From: a virus
Lineage: Duplodnaviria > Caudoviricetes
Reading direction: 5' to 3' (one strand)
Length of the DNA: 63,166 bases
Virus record (IMG/VR): IMGVR_UViG_3300025011_000042
Span: 1-63,166 of that record
The notes under the pieces are model-generated. The model saw only the letters and a list, made by a program, of their open reading frames with translations, was not told the origin of the DNA and ran no database searches. How positions within the stretch are numbered: the first letter of the stretch is position 1; each line of letters starts with the position of its first letter. The position numbers and the translations under genes were made by a program. This document shows positions 19,775 through 29,348 of this stretch, one piece after another.

Positions 19775-21073
19775 ATGAATGCTACAATAACTAGAAAGCC
19801 GCTACTTGCTGCAGGTGTGTATGAGCAGCCTTGGCAAGATAGACTTAAGAGTGATACGGTGGTTGCAGTTAAAGGTACGATATTTGCAGACGCGGCGGGC
19901 ACTCTATATGTTGATGCTTCTGATGATGGTGGAATAACTGCATCGGAGCTCACAAATGTAAGTGTGAATGTACGTACTACTGCTGAGTTAAATTGGTTAA
20001 AGCTAACTAAACGCTGGTACCGCTTCCGGTATGTCAATAGTGAAACTGCTCAAGATGAGTTTATACTAGTCCAAGAGATTACTAAAACCAGTGGTATCAA
20101 GATTACTAATACAGCGGGTGACGAGGATGTATCTATTGTAGCTAACTTAGGAGACGAAGAAACATTCGTCAACGCTTTAGCTACTGTTGGATTTATGCTA
20201 CAGCACGACGCGGCTACAGGTAACTACAAAAGGTTTACTGGAAAAGTAGTACCTATCGATACCGCTGGCAATGAAATATTCACTGATAACAACCCGGCGT
20301 CTATCAAATTAACGGGTAGTAGAACTGCTGTAATAGCGCACAGGGCCGCTATTACAGCAGTAGATAAGGTACCTACCGTAACAATAACAGCTACAAATTC
20401 AGATGTAGGAGGCTCTTTAACGGCCGTTAACCATGGCGTAGCGGTCGCTCCTGGGAACGCCTATGGTTCTTGCGGCATTTCAAATATAGTTGTAGTTACG
20501 CCGGCTGCCGGGGAAAGTATTGACATATTCATTCCGCAAGCTGTTGGGGCTGCGTATTATGACGTTCTCGTTTCTCCATCTACAACGGCGCCTTTTTGGG
20601 TTGGGCGTATTACAGAAGAGCAACGAGCAGCAGGGTGTACAATAACGGCTATAGGCGTAGTTGAGACAGGGGGCCAAGCTGATTCTGTAAATGTAAAAGT
20701 TGTTGGCGCTGGTACTGGAACAGCTGTTGCTACTTCAGCTATTTACGCCGCTAATAACGCATATGTTTTTGGCGCCATAGAAACTATTTCATGTGTAGGT
20801 AAAACTAAAGCCTATATCTATACAAGGGTTGCTATTGACAACTTAGGCGCGGCTCCCTCAGTAGGCATCGTGCCATTCTTTCGGAAGAACGATACATCAA
20901 TAAACTGGTATGCTACAGACGTTAATTTGTTGTCGGTTTTAGGTGGGTTAGGGGGTCAGCCCCTTTCGCAAGTGGTTGTTGTAGATATTAATGCTGTAAA
21001 AGAATTAGTAGTTCTTGTAGATGTGCTAGCAGGTAACGGAACCACAGTAGATATAGATGTGGAACTTTACTAG
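19775..21073 (+). CDS. Putative fibre/adhesin-like structural protein
   Basis: Beta-rich, Ala/Gly/Thr/Val-rich 432 aa; apparent domain junction at KLTGS. Confidence 0.55.
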   Translation: MNATITRKPLLAAGVYEQPWQDRLKSDTVVAVKGTIFADAAGTLYVDASDDGGITASELTNVSVNVRTTAELNWLKLTKRWYRFRYVNSETAQDEFILVQEITKTSGIKITNTAGDEDVSIVANLGDEETFVNALATVGFMLQHDAATGNYKRFTGKVVPIDTAGNEIFTDNNPASIKLTGSRTAVIAHRAAITAVDKVPTVTITATNSDVGGSLTAVNHGVAVAPGNAYGSCGISNIVVVTPAAGESIDIFIPQAVGAAYYDVLVSPSTTAPFWVGRITEEQRAAGCTITAIGVVETGGQADSVNVKVVGAGTGTAVATSAIYAANNAYVFGAIETISCVGKTKAYIYTRVAIDNLGAAPSVGIVPFFRKNDTSINWYATDVNLLSVLGGLGGQPLSQVVVVDINAVKELVVLVDVLAGNGTTVDIDVELY

Positions 21074-21084
21074 GAGGTGCTAAC

Positions 21085-21810
21085 ATGAAAATTACTGTAG
21101 TACAGCCGATAGCAAAAGGAATAGAAGGCATACACGCTGATGAGCTAGTTGCCGAATACCGTTTTGATGAGCTAACAGGAGACGTATTGTTAGATTACTC
21201 AGGCAATGGCAATCATGGAGCGTTTGGTCTAGGTAACGCTAGGCCTGAAAGAACATCTACCGGCATAACATTTTTTGACGATTATATAACGTTACCTAAT
21301 GCAGTAAGGGACGCTTTATCTGTTAGTAAAGAGTTCACTGTTATTACAGCTGGACTTGTAGGTAAAAGCGGTGGCTCTGTTTTGGGTTCTGCAATAAGCG
21401 CTACGGACAGATTTATACTTAATGCTTCACCAGGCATGGTTACTAGTTTAAGCCCATACTTAAAAAATATGCGTGGGTGTTTAAATACAGGCACGACTAC
21501 TGTTACGCAATTTGCAAAAGCTTCTGGTTCTTTTGACGTATACTCTACGAGTATTTTTACGTACTGCTATAATCCTACTTTTCTAAAGGGCAAAATGATT
21601 ATAGGCAATGAATTGTATGGCAATGTATCAGCTGCAAATCCTTCCAATATTATAGGTTGTCGAATCGGCGCTCAGACCAGCGGCGCGCCGTTCTTAGTAG
21701 GTACTCTTTACTATATGCTGATTTACTCAAAATTTTTAAATAACAGTTTAATACGTAAGCAGCATAGAGTTATTAAAAAAATACTGAAACACAGAGGAGT
21801 TGTTATATAA
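21085..21810 (+). CDS. LamG/concanavalin-like protein
   Basis: LVAEYRFDE...DYSGNGNHG...DDYITLP. Confidence 0.75.
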   Translation: MKITVVQPIAKGIEGIHADELVAEYRFDELTGDVLLDYSGNGNHGAFGLGNARPERTSTGITFFDDYITLPNAVRDALSVSKEFTVITAGLVGKSGGSVLGSAISATDRFILNASPGMVTSLSPYLKNMRGCLNTGTTTVTQFAKASGSFDVYSTSIFTYCYNPTFLKGKMIIGNELYGNVSAANPSNIIGCRIGAQTSGAPFLVGTLYYMLIYSKFLNNSLIRKQHRVIKKILKHRGVVI

Positions 21811-22040
21811 TGGCATTCTATATTGTTTGGCCAAGTTTGGAAAGCTTTGAAAGTACCGAGTTGCCGCTACCCAGCGGCCAGTCACTTGGAGAGCCAAGAG
21901 TAGATGTAAATGGCAGAAGGTTGGTACGCTACAATTGGGACCAACTTACCCAGGAAGACGTGGACTATTTCTTGAGCATGGAAGGTGTGACAGTAAGCGC
22001 ATACCTGCCTGACCCTTGGGATGAGTACGCAGAAGAATAG
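21810..22040 (+). CDS. Small acidic hypothetical protein
   Basis: Coupled through a TAATG overlap. Confidence 0.65.
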   Translation: MAFYIVWPSLESFESTELPLPSGQSLGEPRVDVNGRRLVRYNWDQLTQEDVDYFLSMEGVTVSAYLPDPWDEYAEE

Positions 22041-22043
22041 CCG

Positions 22044-22063
22044 ACTAACGAAGGTGCGTTAGT
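22044..22063. other. Palindrome ACTAACG-N6-CGTTAGT, candidate tyrosine recombinase site
   Basis: 7-bp inverted arms with a 6-bp spacer, directly upstream of the recombinase gene. Confidence 0.45.
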
Positions 22064-22108
22064 TTAACAAAAGTTTCAAAATTTAAGTATTTTGTTAGGA
22101 GTGTTTAC

Positions 22109-22945
22109 ATGAATCTTAGTTATGCTTGGAGACTTTATGAGTCTGATAAGAGGCTAGCGCGGTATGCAGATACAACATTAGACGCGTATCGTCTTCAAGC
22201 TAAGCTCCTAATGCAGCATGTAGGTGACATTAAATTAGATGCATTAGACTTACCTACAATTAAAGATTATTTAATTAGCCTGAGTCATCTAACACCTATG
22301 TCTCTAACACACCGTATTAAGTTTCTTCGTTCAATGCTTAGATGGGCTTCTGATGAAGGGTACATACAAAAGAATCCTATCGCTAAGCTTAAAGACCCTA
22401 AGCTAGGCAAACGTCTACCTAAAGCACTTGATATTGAGTCTATTGAGATACTAAGGGATAGCTGTAAAACATCTTTTGAGAGATCTTTGATTGAATTTTT
22501 GCACTCTACTGGGTGTAGATTAGATGAAGTGTACAACTTAAACAGAACATCATTAAACATGACTAATCTGTCTATTGTAGTAATAGGTAAAGGAGACAGA
22601 GAGCGTGAAGTATACTTCTCTATAATATGTAGATTATGGTTAAACAGATACTTAGCAAGTAGAAAAGATAATGACACAGCGCTATTCGTAACAGAACGGA
22701 TGCCTCATAGAATGTCTAAAGCGCAATTAAGATTCATAGTTAAGAAAATAGCCGATAGGACCGATATAAGTGTTTCAGTATATCCACACAGGTTTAGACA
22801 CAGTTACGCTACACATTTGTTGGATAAAGGGTGTCCTTTAGAAGCAATTAGTGATTTCTTAGGACATGCTAGAATAAGCACAACAAAGATTTACGCACAG
22901 TTATCTAGCGCTAGAAGAAGCGAAATATACAAAAGGTACTTCTAA
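22109..22945 (+). CDS. Tyrosine recombinase (XerC/D-like)
   Basis: Intact R-K-HxxR-H-Y set: TGCRLDE, GKG, PHRFRH, LGH, TTKIY. Confidence 0.95.
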   Translation: MNLSYAWRLYESDKRLARYADTTLDAYRLQAKLLMQHVGDIKLDALDLPTIKDYLISLSHLTPMSLTHRIKFLRSMLRWASDEGYIQKNPIAKLKDPKLGKRLPKALDIESIEILRDSCKTSFERSLIEFLHSTGCRLDEVYNLNRTSLNMTNLSIVVIGKGDREREVYFSIICRLWLNRYLASRKDNDTALFVTERMPHRMSKAQLRFIVKKIADRTDISVSVYPHRFRHSYATHLLDKGCPLEAISDFLGHARISTTKIYAQLSSARRSEIYKRYF

Positions 22946-22958
22946 GGAGTGTTACAAT

Positions 22959-23747
22959 GTGAGCATAAAAGCTTACATCGACCTTGGTCACGATGAAGGC
23001 AGTGACACTGGGGCGGTGTGTGGTAGTTTTATAGAACGTAACATGATTAAAGTTTACGCAGCGCAATTAGTTAGACACCTTGTAGCTGCTGGTTGGGACG
23101 TAAAAGTAAAACCACCAGGCTTAGGCATTAACGCAAGCGCCGCGGTGTGTAATGCATTTAACCCTGACATTATGTTCAGTTGTCATATCAATGCAGGAGG
23201 CGGAGACCGCGGCGAAGTTATACACAGTATACGTGCAGGCTCTAAACAGCTTGCTAATGTAATTGGCAGTGGTCTAAGCAGTGCCGGTCAGACTAAAGTA
23301 AATACGTACTTAAAACTTAATACAAACGGCACGGACTACTTTGGTATGTTACGTCAGACAAAATGCGCCGCCGTGATAATTGAGCCATTCTTTTTAGATA
23401 ATATTGTAGATCGTCAAATCGGCAACACGGATGGTGAGCTACAACACATTGGTAAGTGCATCGCCTTTGCGTTACTAAAGCACTATGGCGGTCTACAAAT
23501 TAAGGAGGAAACAGAAATGGTTAGGTATCGTACACTTAATGAAATACCGAATGAAAGTGGTTTTAGAGATGTTGTAGATAAACTTATGAATGCTAAAATA
23601 ATTACTGGCGACGGCAGTGACACTACAGGTAATACTGACGTTATTGATTTGTCACATGATCAGGTTAGGACATTAGTGTTTACTTACCGCGGCGGCGCGT
23701 TTGATAAGAAACTACAAGTTGTAGGTCTTGCTCCGGCGGTTAAGTAG
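22959..23747 (+). CDS. Endolysin, N-acetylmuramoyl-L-alanine amidase (Amidase_3)
   Basis: IDLGHD...E...SCHINAGGG...IIEPFFLDN. Confidence 0.9.
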   Translation: MSIKAYIDLGHDEGSDTGAVCGSFIERNMIKVYAAQLVRHLVAAGWDVKVKPPGLGINASAAVCNAFNPDIMFSCHINAGGGDRGEVIHSIRAGSKQLANVIGSGLSSAGQTKVNTYLKLNTNGTDYFGMLRQTKCAAVIIEPFFLDNIVDRQIGNTDGELQHIGKCIAFALLKHYGGLQIKEETEMVRYRTLNEIPNESGFRDVVDKLMNAKIITGDGSDTTGNTDVIDLSHDQVRTLVFTYRGGAFDKKLQVVGLAPAVK

Positions 23748-23762
23748 AAACTACAATCCTCT

Positions 23763-23796
23763 TAGAACCTATGTTCTTATATGGACATAGGTTCTA
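23763..23796 (+). terminator. Hairpin after the endolysin gene
   Basis: TAGAACCTATGTTC / GGACATAGGTTCTA. Confidence 0.7.
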
Positions 23797-23799
23797 TAT

Positions 23800-24260
23800 A
23801 GTATATAATACATAATATATTTATTATTCAGTAATACTTATTATTTTATTATTTTATTATTTTATTTATTTATAAATTTTCTTAACTTCCTTAACTTATT
23901 GTCTTTTCAACATAAAAATTTTTGACTTTTTAAAATTTCATTTGAAAAATTTTCAAATATTTTTAAACACTAAATCATTTTTAACATCGTGAAAGTGTAA
24001 ATAAGCCAGTAAACTAAGGAAGTTAAGGAAAATAATAAATAAATAAATTATAAATAGTAACTTAACAAGAATTGTAGTTGCGTCGGCGCCGCGTCTCTGT
24101 ATTATAAATAGTACTGTAGGTATAACGACGTAGACCTACACAACGAACGGCCCTTTGGCATTACCAAATAATACCATTGCATCACGGAAGAGTGTTAAGA
24201 TACCACGAACAGTATACTGTCTCACGACCAGTATTAAGTTTCACGACAGTGACACTCGCA
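23800..24260. other. AT-rich origin-like non-coding region
   Basis: Very AT-rich; inverted CTTAACTTCCTTA / TAAGGAAGTTAAG; four CACGA-CAGT-like repeats. Confidence 0.45.
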
Positions 24261-24358
24261 GAAAAGTCGTTAAAGAAGTTATTTACTTTATAATGAAAAA
24301 GTGGTATAATATTAAGAGTGGGGGAATTATACTTTAAATTAGGAGGCTTGATTTAACT

Positions 24359-24775
24359 ATGAGTAAAAAGTTCAGAGTCGAGGTTGTTGTACCTGAAGGG
24401 CTTAAGCCCGGTGACGCGTTTTTAGTCGAGATTGAAATCCCGAAGAACAGTGGCAAGCCAAGAGGCGTGCTTAAAGGTATTGATCTTGAAGATATGACTG
24501 ACGACCAATTGAAACGTGAAATCATCAATGCCAGCTCGGTATTGTACAAGGCCAAGCAACGTGAAGCTGCTCCGGAAATAATTGAGGCTAACCAAGCAAG
24601 ACTCGACGCCGCTAAAGCCGTAAAAGCAAAGCGTGAGCCAGTCGCTGAAGTTGAAGTGCTGCCAACTTTGACAGCCGCAATTGTAGGTACTAAAGTCAAA
24701 GACACTCCGGTTTATGTCAGTGATGAAGTTGCAGAAGAGCCTGCTTATGAACCTGACATTGCTTCTGAGATTTAG
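24359..24775 (+). CDS. Hypothetical protein, possibly DNA-binding
   Basis: AGGAGG RBS and upstream TGGTATAAT; helical motif resembling the proteins at 58598 and 62095. Confidence 0.75.
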   Translation: MSKKFRVEVVVPEGLKPGDAFLVEIEIPKNSGKPRGVLKGIDLEDMTDDQLKREIINASSVLYKAKQREAAPEIIEANQARLDAAKAVKAKREPVAEVEVLPTLTAAIVGTKVKDTPVYVSDEVAEEPAYEPDIASEI

Positions 24776-24779
24776 CATT

Positions 24780-25050
24780 GCAACAACTAGTTCGAATTTA
24801 ATTCGGCTGGTTGTCGAAAGTTCTCGTACGTACTACAGGTCTAAGGTATTAGGCATAGCTACACAGTGGTTATACACGAAAGCTTTCGACAGTCAGTTTG
24901 TAAGCTACACGGTAATGGATGCGACATCCAAGCATCTAATTGCCTATGTTGTATAGGTGTTGTACAATGTCGTGCAGGGTACTGTATAACACCAGGAGTT
25001 CTGGTTATTAGTTGGTTTCCTCCTTTACCAACTAATTAACCAGAATTTTC
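24780..25050 (+). ncRNA. Candidate structured RNA ending in a hairpin with an anti-SD loop
   Basis: Several long stems with G-U pairs; loop TTCCTCCTTT. Confidence 0.5.
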
Positions 25051-25114
25051 TATCTAAACAAACAGTTCAGATACGTACATATAAACTATACAATGAAATA
25101 GGTGACCGAATAAA

Positions 25115-26839
25115 ATGGCTAATAAGATACTTATATCGAAGAACAAAATAGAAATTCACTGCGCCAAAGGTGATATTGATACACAAACTAAACTTGTAGA
25201 TATCAACCCGTTGCATTTTAATAGGTCAAGAACAATATTTACATGTTCTGCGCATTTTGTTCCTGAGATACTGCACTTACTTAGAGGTGTTACTAAGGAC
25301 AACATTGAATCAGCGCCGCTGAAAATTCAAGAGTATTTCAATAATGAGATTCGTATTAGAGAGAATATGCAGGATTTGTTAGTCAATGGTCCGCGTATGT
25401 CACCTTACATAAACAGTAACTTAACATTAAAGAAACACCAACAGTTAGGTAGAGAGATTGCGATGTATCAAGATAAGTTTGGTTTCTTTTATGATACACG
25501 TACAGGCAAAACACCGTTATCACTGGCGATAATTAATGATGACCTACAAGTAAATCCTAATCATAAGTGGTTAGTAATTTGTCCGTTGATTTTAATAGAC
25601 AACGCTTGGCTTGAAGACGCTGCTAAATTTGTACCTTACATATCTTTTATAAACTGTCACGCATCTACAAAGCAAAATAGGCTAAAGCAAATAGCTAAGC
25701 CCGGCAACGTATACATAACTAACACAGAGTCATTTATAACATACCGTACATATTTTGATAAAATTAACTTTGCTGGTTGCATTTTCGACGAAAGTTCTGA
25801 CATAAAGAGTAACAGTTCTAAAGTCAGTAAAGAGATTGTAGATTTTGCGGCGCATGTGCCGAGGTTCTACTTACTATCTGGAACGCCCGCTGCTAATGGT
25901 GAGTATGAGTACTTTATGCAAATCCGTGCTATAGATTACTACGGATTTCAACAGAGTTACGAACAGTTTAAAAAGTATTATTTTGTTAATGTGGCGTATA
26001 ACTCAAGATTTGAGAGACTTATGTTAAGGCCTGACAGAGAACAGGAATTTTATGAAACATTACGTAAGTACAGTATCTTCATAGATAAAGAGGATGTTCT
26101 AACGACACCAGGTAGGACCTTTCTTGAAGTCGAGTTGGATATGCCTAAGGATCTCAAGCAGCACTACAACTTGTTAAAGAATCAGATGTATCTTGAAGTT
26201 GAGAATGAAAAGTTCATAACTACTGCGAACGCTGCTGCGAAGATGAACAAACTTAATCAGGTTGCGTCTGGTTTTATTATTGATACAGGCGCAAAAAAGG
26301 ACAATAAGTTGTTCAAAGATGACGAAAGTTATGAAAAACAGCAAGAATGGTACCTACTAAATGAGTTTCGTTTCCATAAGCTTGCTGAGCTACTTTCATC
26401 AGGGAAATGTGTTGGTAAACAGGTTTTAATATGGGCAAACTACAGGAATGAGTTCGAGCTAATTAAGAAGATGTTAGGCGCCAACTGCAGGCTCATATAT
26501 GGAGCGACTTCTCTTAAAGAGAAGTCAGAAGCGATTAGGTTATTCAAGGAAAAACGTATACAATACCTTGTAGCTAACCCTGCTTCTGCTGATAAAGGTT
26601 TGACGTTAACTAATGCTCACATCGCTGTTTACTTTAGTCTAAATTGGTCGTACGAGCTCTTTAAACAGAGTTATGAACGTATATATGCGGATATAAGTAA
26701 ACAACCTGAACATTGTTACTACTATATTTTTATTGCTAAAGGAACTATAAATAGAGCTATATACAGCGACGTATTGCTTGGTAAAAAGCATGCCAGCGAC
26801 GCTGTGTTGAATCACTTGAAAGGAGGAAACTTAATTTGA
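25115..26839 (+). CDS. SNF2-family helicase
   Basis: DTRTGKT, IFDESS, LSGTP, KGLTL, QSYERI. Confidence 0.9.
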   Translation: MANKILISKNKIEIHCAKGDIDTQTKLVDINPLHFNRSRTIFTCSAHFVPEILHLLRGVTKDNIESAPLKIQEYFNNEIRIRENMQDLLVNGPRMSPYINSNLTLKKHQQLGREIAMYQDKFGFFYDTRTGKTPLSLAIINDDLQVNPNHKWLVICPLILIDNAWLEDAAKFVPYISFINCHASTKQNRLKQIAKPGNVYITNTESFITYRTYFDKINFAGCIFDESSDIKSNSSKVSKEIVDFAAHVPRFYLLSGTPAANGEYEYFMQIRAIDYYGFQQSYEQFKKYYFVNVAYNSRFERLMLRPDREQEFYETLRKYSIFIDKEDVLTTPGRTFLEVELDMPKDLKQHYNLLKNQMYLEVENEKFITTANAAAKMNKLNQVASGFIIDTGAKKDNKLFKDDESYEKQQEWYLLNEFRFHKLAELLSSGKCVGKQVLIWANYRNEFELIKKMLGANCRLIYGATSLKEKSEAIRLFKEKRIQYLVANPASADKGLTLTNAHIAVYFSLNWSYELFKQSYERIYADISKQPEHCYYYIFIAKGTINRAIYSDVLLGKKHASDAVLNHLKGGNLI

Positions 26840-27240
26840 TACCGTCTGATAAGCAGTACAGTGACGAAGCTACACTACTTAAGAAAGCTATTGAATGGTT
26901 AGAGTCACTTAAACGTGAAGGCATTAAGGTAATACGAATAAATGATAACAGTCACGTTGGGTACTCTGACCTATTCATAAGTGTTAATGGTTGGTTCGTT
27001 GTTGCTGAACTTAAAGATGATAAAGGCACTGCCTCCGTGCCTCAGAAGCTGTTCATAAAAGAAATGATTGCCACCGGAGCGGTAGGAGGAGTTTGTAGAT
27101 CATTGCGCGATATCTACAGACTGATTCAGACTGCTAAAGCTTACCCGCTGAGTGTTGCACATCCTATCGATGCTGATGGTAATACCAACAATAAAGTATC
27201 GTACTGTCACGTTTGTGGTCAAAGGCTGAAATGGACTTAA
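26836..27240 (+). CDS. VRR-NUC domain nuclease
   Basis: GYSDL...ELK...SVPQ; next to SNF2 gene. Confidence 0.8.
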   Translation: MIPSDKQYSDEATLLKKAIEWLESLKREGIKVIRINDNSHVGYSDLFISVNGWFVVAELKDDKGTASVPQKLFIKEMIATGAVGGVCRSLRDIYRLIQTAKAYPLSVAHPIDADGNTNNKVSYCHVCGQRLKWT

Positions 27241-27259
27241 GTTATGGAGGTGACGTCAC

Positions 27260-27808
27260 TTGCGAGATGGAATTGAAACCGTAATAAACCAAAACGTTGG
27301 GTTACTTTACAAGCAGTTACATAAATTTCATCTCGCAAGTGACGCCGATGCAATCAGCTTTGGGTATGAAGCATTGTGGAAAGCTGTTACAACGTATAGT
27401 GCTGATAAAGACGTAAAGTTTTCTACATATGCTACTGTATGTATTTTCAACGCACTAGGTTCATACGTTAGGACACTTAATAGACAACGTCAACTTGAAG
27501 TTATCTCGTATAACAATATTGTAGATAACACTACAGAGTACTTAGAACTACTGAAGTCACCTGTAGATATAGAGGATGATTATATACGTAATGAGTACGC
27601 TAATGTGTTAGATACAACCCTTGAATCTGTTTTCAATATGCTTAGTAAAAAGCATAAAGAAATAATAACGCGTTGGATTGAGTCAGATTTTGAGGCTACT
27701 GCAACACAGATAGCAAAGGAAGTCGGATGTTCACAATCCTACGTAAGTCAAGTCGAAGCTATTTTCAAAGGAAAGTTTAAGAAAAGATTGGAGGAGTCGA
27801 ATTGCTAG
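27260..27808 (+). CDS. Sigma-70-family factor
   Basis: ALWKAVTTY...KFSTYATVCIFN (region 2); TQIAKEVGCSQSYVS (region 4). Confidence 0.9.
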   Translation: MRDGIETVINQNVGLLYKQLHKFHLASDADAISFGYEALWKAVTTYSADKDVKFSTYATVCIFNALGSYVRTLNRQRQLEVISYNNIVDNTTEYLELLKSPVDIEDDYIRNEYANVLDTTLESVFNMLSKKHKEIITRWIESDFEATATQIAKEVGCSQSYVSQVEAIFKGKFKKRLEESNC

Positions 27809-29160
27809 AAGCCGCTCGCATTATTAATGCAATACAGAAGACGTCTGGTACTAATGACAAGAAAACTATACTGATAAGAAATCAGTCTAACCAGGCGCTA
27901 AGAGACATCTTGAAGTTTATCTACAATCCTTACTTAAAAGCAGGTATATCAGCTGCTAAGCTTAAGAAAGTACTATCATTTAGTGCCGCTAACGCTGTAG
28001 GTGAAAGACATCACGTAGATGTTAACTATGTGGAAGTAATTGAGTATTTATCAACACACACCACAGGTTCAGACGCCGACTTGCTAATGGCTGCTCGTTT
28101 TATTAACAGCACCAAGTTAGCGTACAATTCTGATATCGCATATGAATTAGCTAAAGCCATTGTTACACAGAACCTAAAGATAGGCGTAGCTGTTAAAACA
28201 CTTAATGAAGTATTTGGTGTAGACTTTATACCTGTCGTTGGTTGTATGCTTGGTACTAAGTATAGTGATTTAGGACCGAATAAGATAGAATGGCCTTGCA
28301 TAGTGACCGAGAAACTAGATGGCATTCGCCGCATACTCGTTAAAGAAAATGGTGTTTGTAGATTATTTAGTCGCTCTGGTCATGAGGATACTGGTCTGGT
28401 TGATATTGTTAAAGAAGCGCGTTTGTTACCTAATAATACAGTGTATGATGGTGAGCTACTCGCTGCTGGGACCTACAGAGATAGTATTGCACTTCGTCAG
28501 GTTACGAACTCTATAGCGAGTCTATTGGGTACTAAAACTGGACTTATATTCAACATATTTGATATGGCGCCTGTTGATGAATTCTATCGAGGTATATCTG
28601 GACAAGTTGCACTAGTGCGTAAAGTAACTCTTGGAGCTATACTGATGGATAATAGCATCGCGTTGTTACCTACAAGGCAACCTGCTGATGAACTTATCAA
28701 AAAATTCGGTTTGCATCAGGAACTGTCATTTATCAAGTCAGTGCCTATTCTCGGCTATATCAATGAGTTATCAGAAGCAGACGAAATTGTTAAAGGTATT
28801 TGGGGTCGCGGCGGTGAGGGTATTATGCTTAACACAAAGAATGGCAGGTATGAAGTTAAACGCTCTAAGCACCTTATAAAGGTTAAGCATACAGAAGAGA
28901 TGAACCTAACCATTGTAGATTTTATAGAAGGTACTGGTAAATACGAAGGCATGTTAGGATCACTAGTTGTAGCTTATAAAGGACATAAGGTAGGCGTAGG
29001 TACTGGCTTTACTGATAATCAGCGCCGCGACATATGGGAAAATCAAGGAAAGTACATCGGACGCAACATAGAATTTGACACATTTGGTGAATCTACTGAT
29101 AAGTTCGGTACAGTATCACTTAACTGCCCTGTATTCAAGCGGTTCGTTGGAGAAGAGTAA
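27802..29160 (+). CDS. ATP-dependent DNA ligase
   Basis: EKLDGIR, YDGEL, EGIML, LIKVK. Confidence 0.95.
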   Translation: MLEAARIINAIQKTSGTNDKKTILIRNQSNQALRDILKFIYNPYLKAGISAAKLKKVLSFSAANAVGERHHVDVNYVEVIEYLSTHTTGSDADLLMAARFINSTKLAYNSDIAYELAKAIVTQNLKIGVAVKTLNEVFGVDFIPVVGCMLGTKYSDLGPNKIEWPCIVTEKLDGIRRILVKENGVCRLFSRSGHEDTGLVDIVKEARLLPNNTVYDGELLAAGTYRDSIALRQVTNSIASLLGTKTGLIFNIFDMAPVDEFYRGISGQVALVRKVTLGAILMDNSIALLPTRQPADELIKKFGLHQELSFIKSVPILGYINELSEADEIVKGIWGRGGEGIMLNTKNGRYEVKRSKHLIKVKHTEEMNLTIVDFIEGTGKYEGMLGSLVVAYKGHKVGVGTGFTDNQRRDIWENQGKYIGRNIEFDTFGESTDKFGTVSLNCPVFKRFVGEE

Positions 29161-29195
29161 TTTACTAATGCTACGTTTAAAGGAGGTGAACTGTA

Positions 29196-29348
29196 GTGCG
29201 TGTTACTGTAAAAGTTGACTTCAGTGAGTTTTGTAAACAGTTTAGAATAATTGGTAATGGACTGTTGGCAATTGCAGATGACCTAGAAAAAGCAGCGAAA
29301 GAAGCTGCTGAAAAAGAAGCAGCTGAAAAAGAAGAAGGTGACTCGTAG
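29196..29348 (+). CDS. 50-aa hypothetical protein, absent from the ORF track
   Basis: AAGGAGGTG RBS, GTG start, stop abuts next ATG. Confidence 0.65.
   Translation: MRVTVKVDFSEFCKQFRIIGNGLLAIADDLEKAAKEAAEKEAAEKEEGDS

Noticed and set aside
22109-22945. Classical lysogeny module
   Set aside because: No adjacent repressor or excisionase, and no host flanks; lifestyle cannot be determined from this window.
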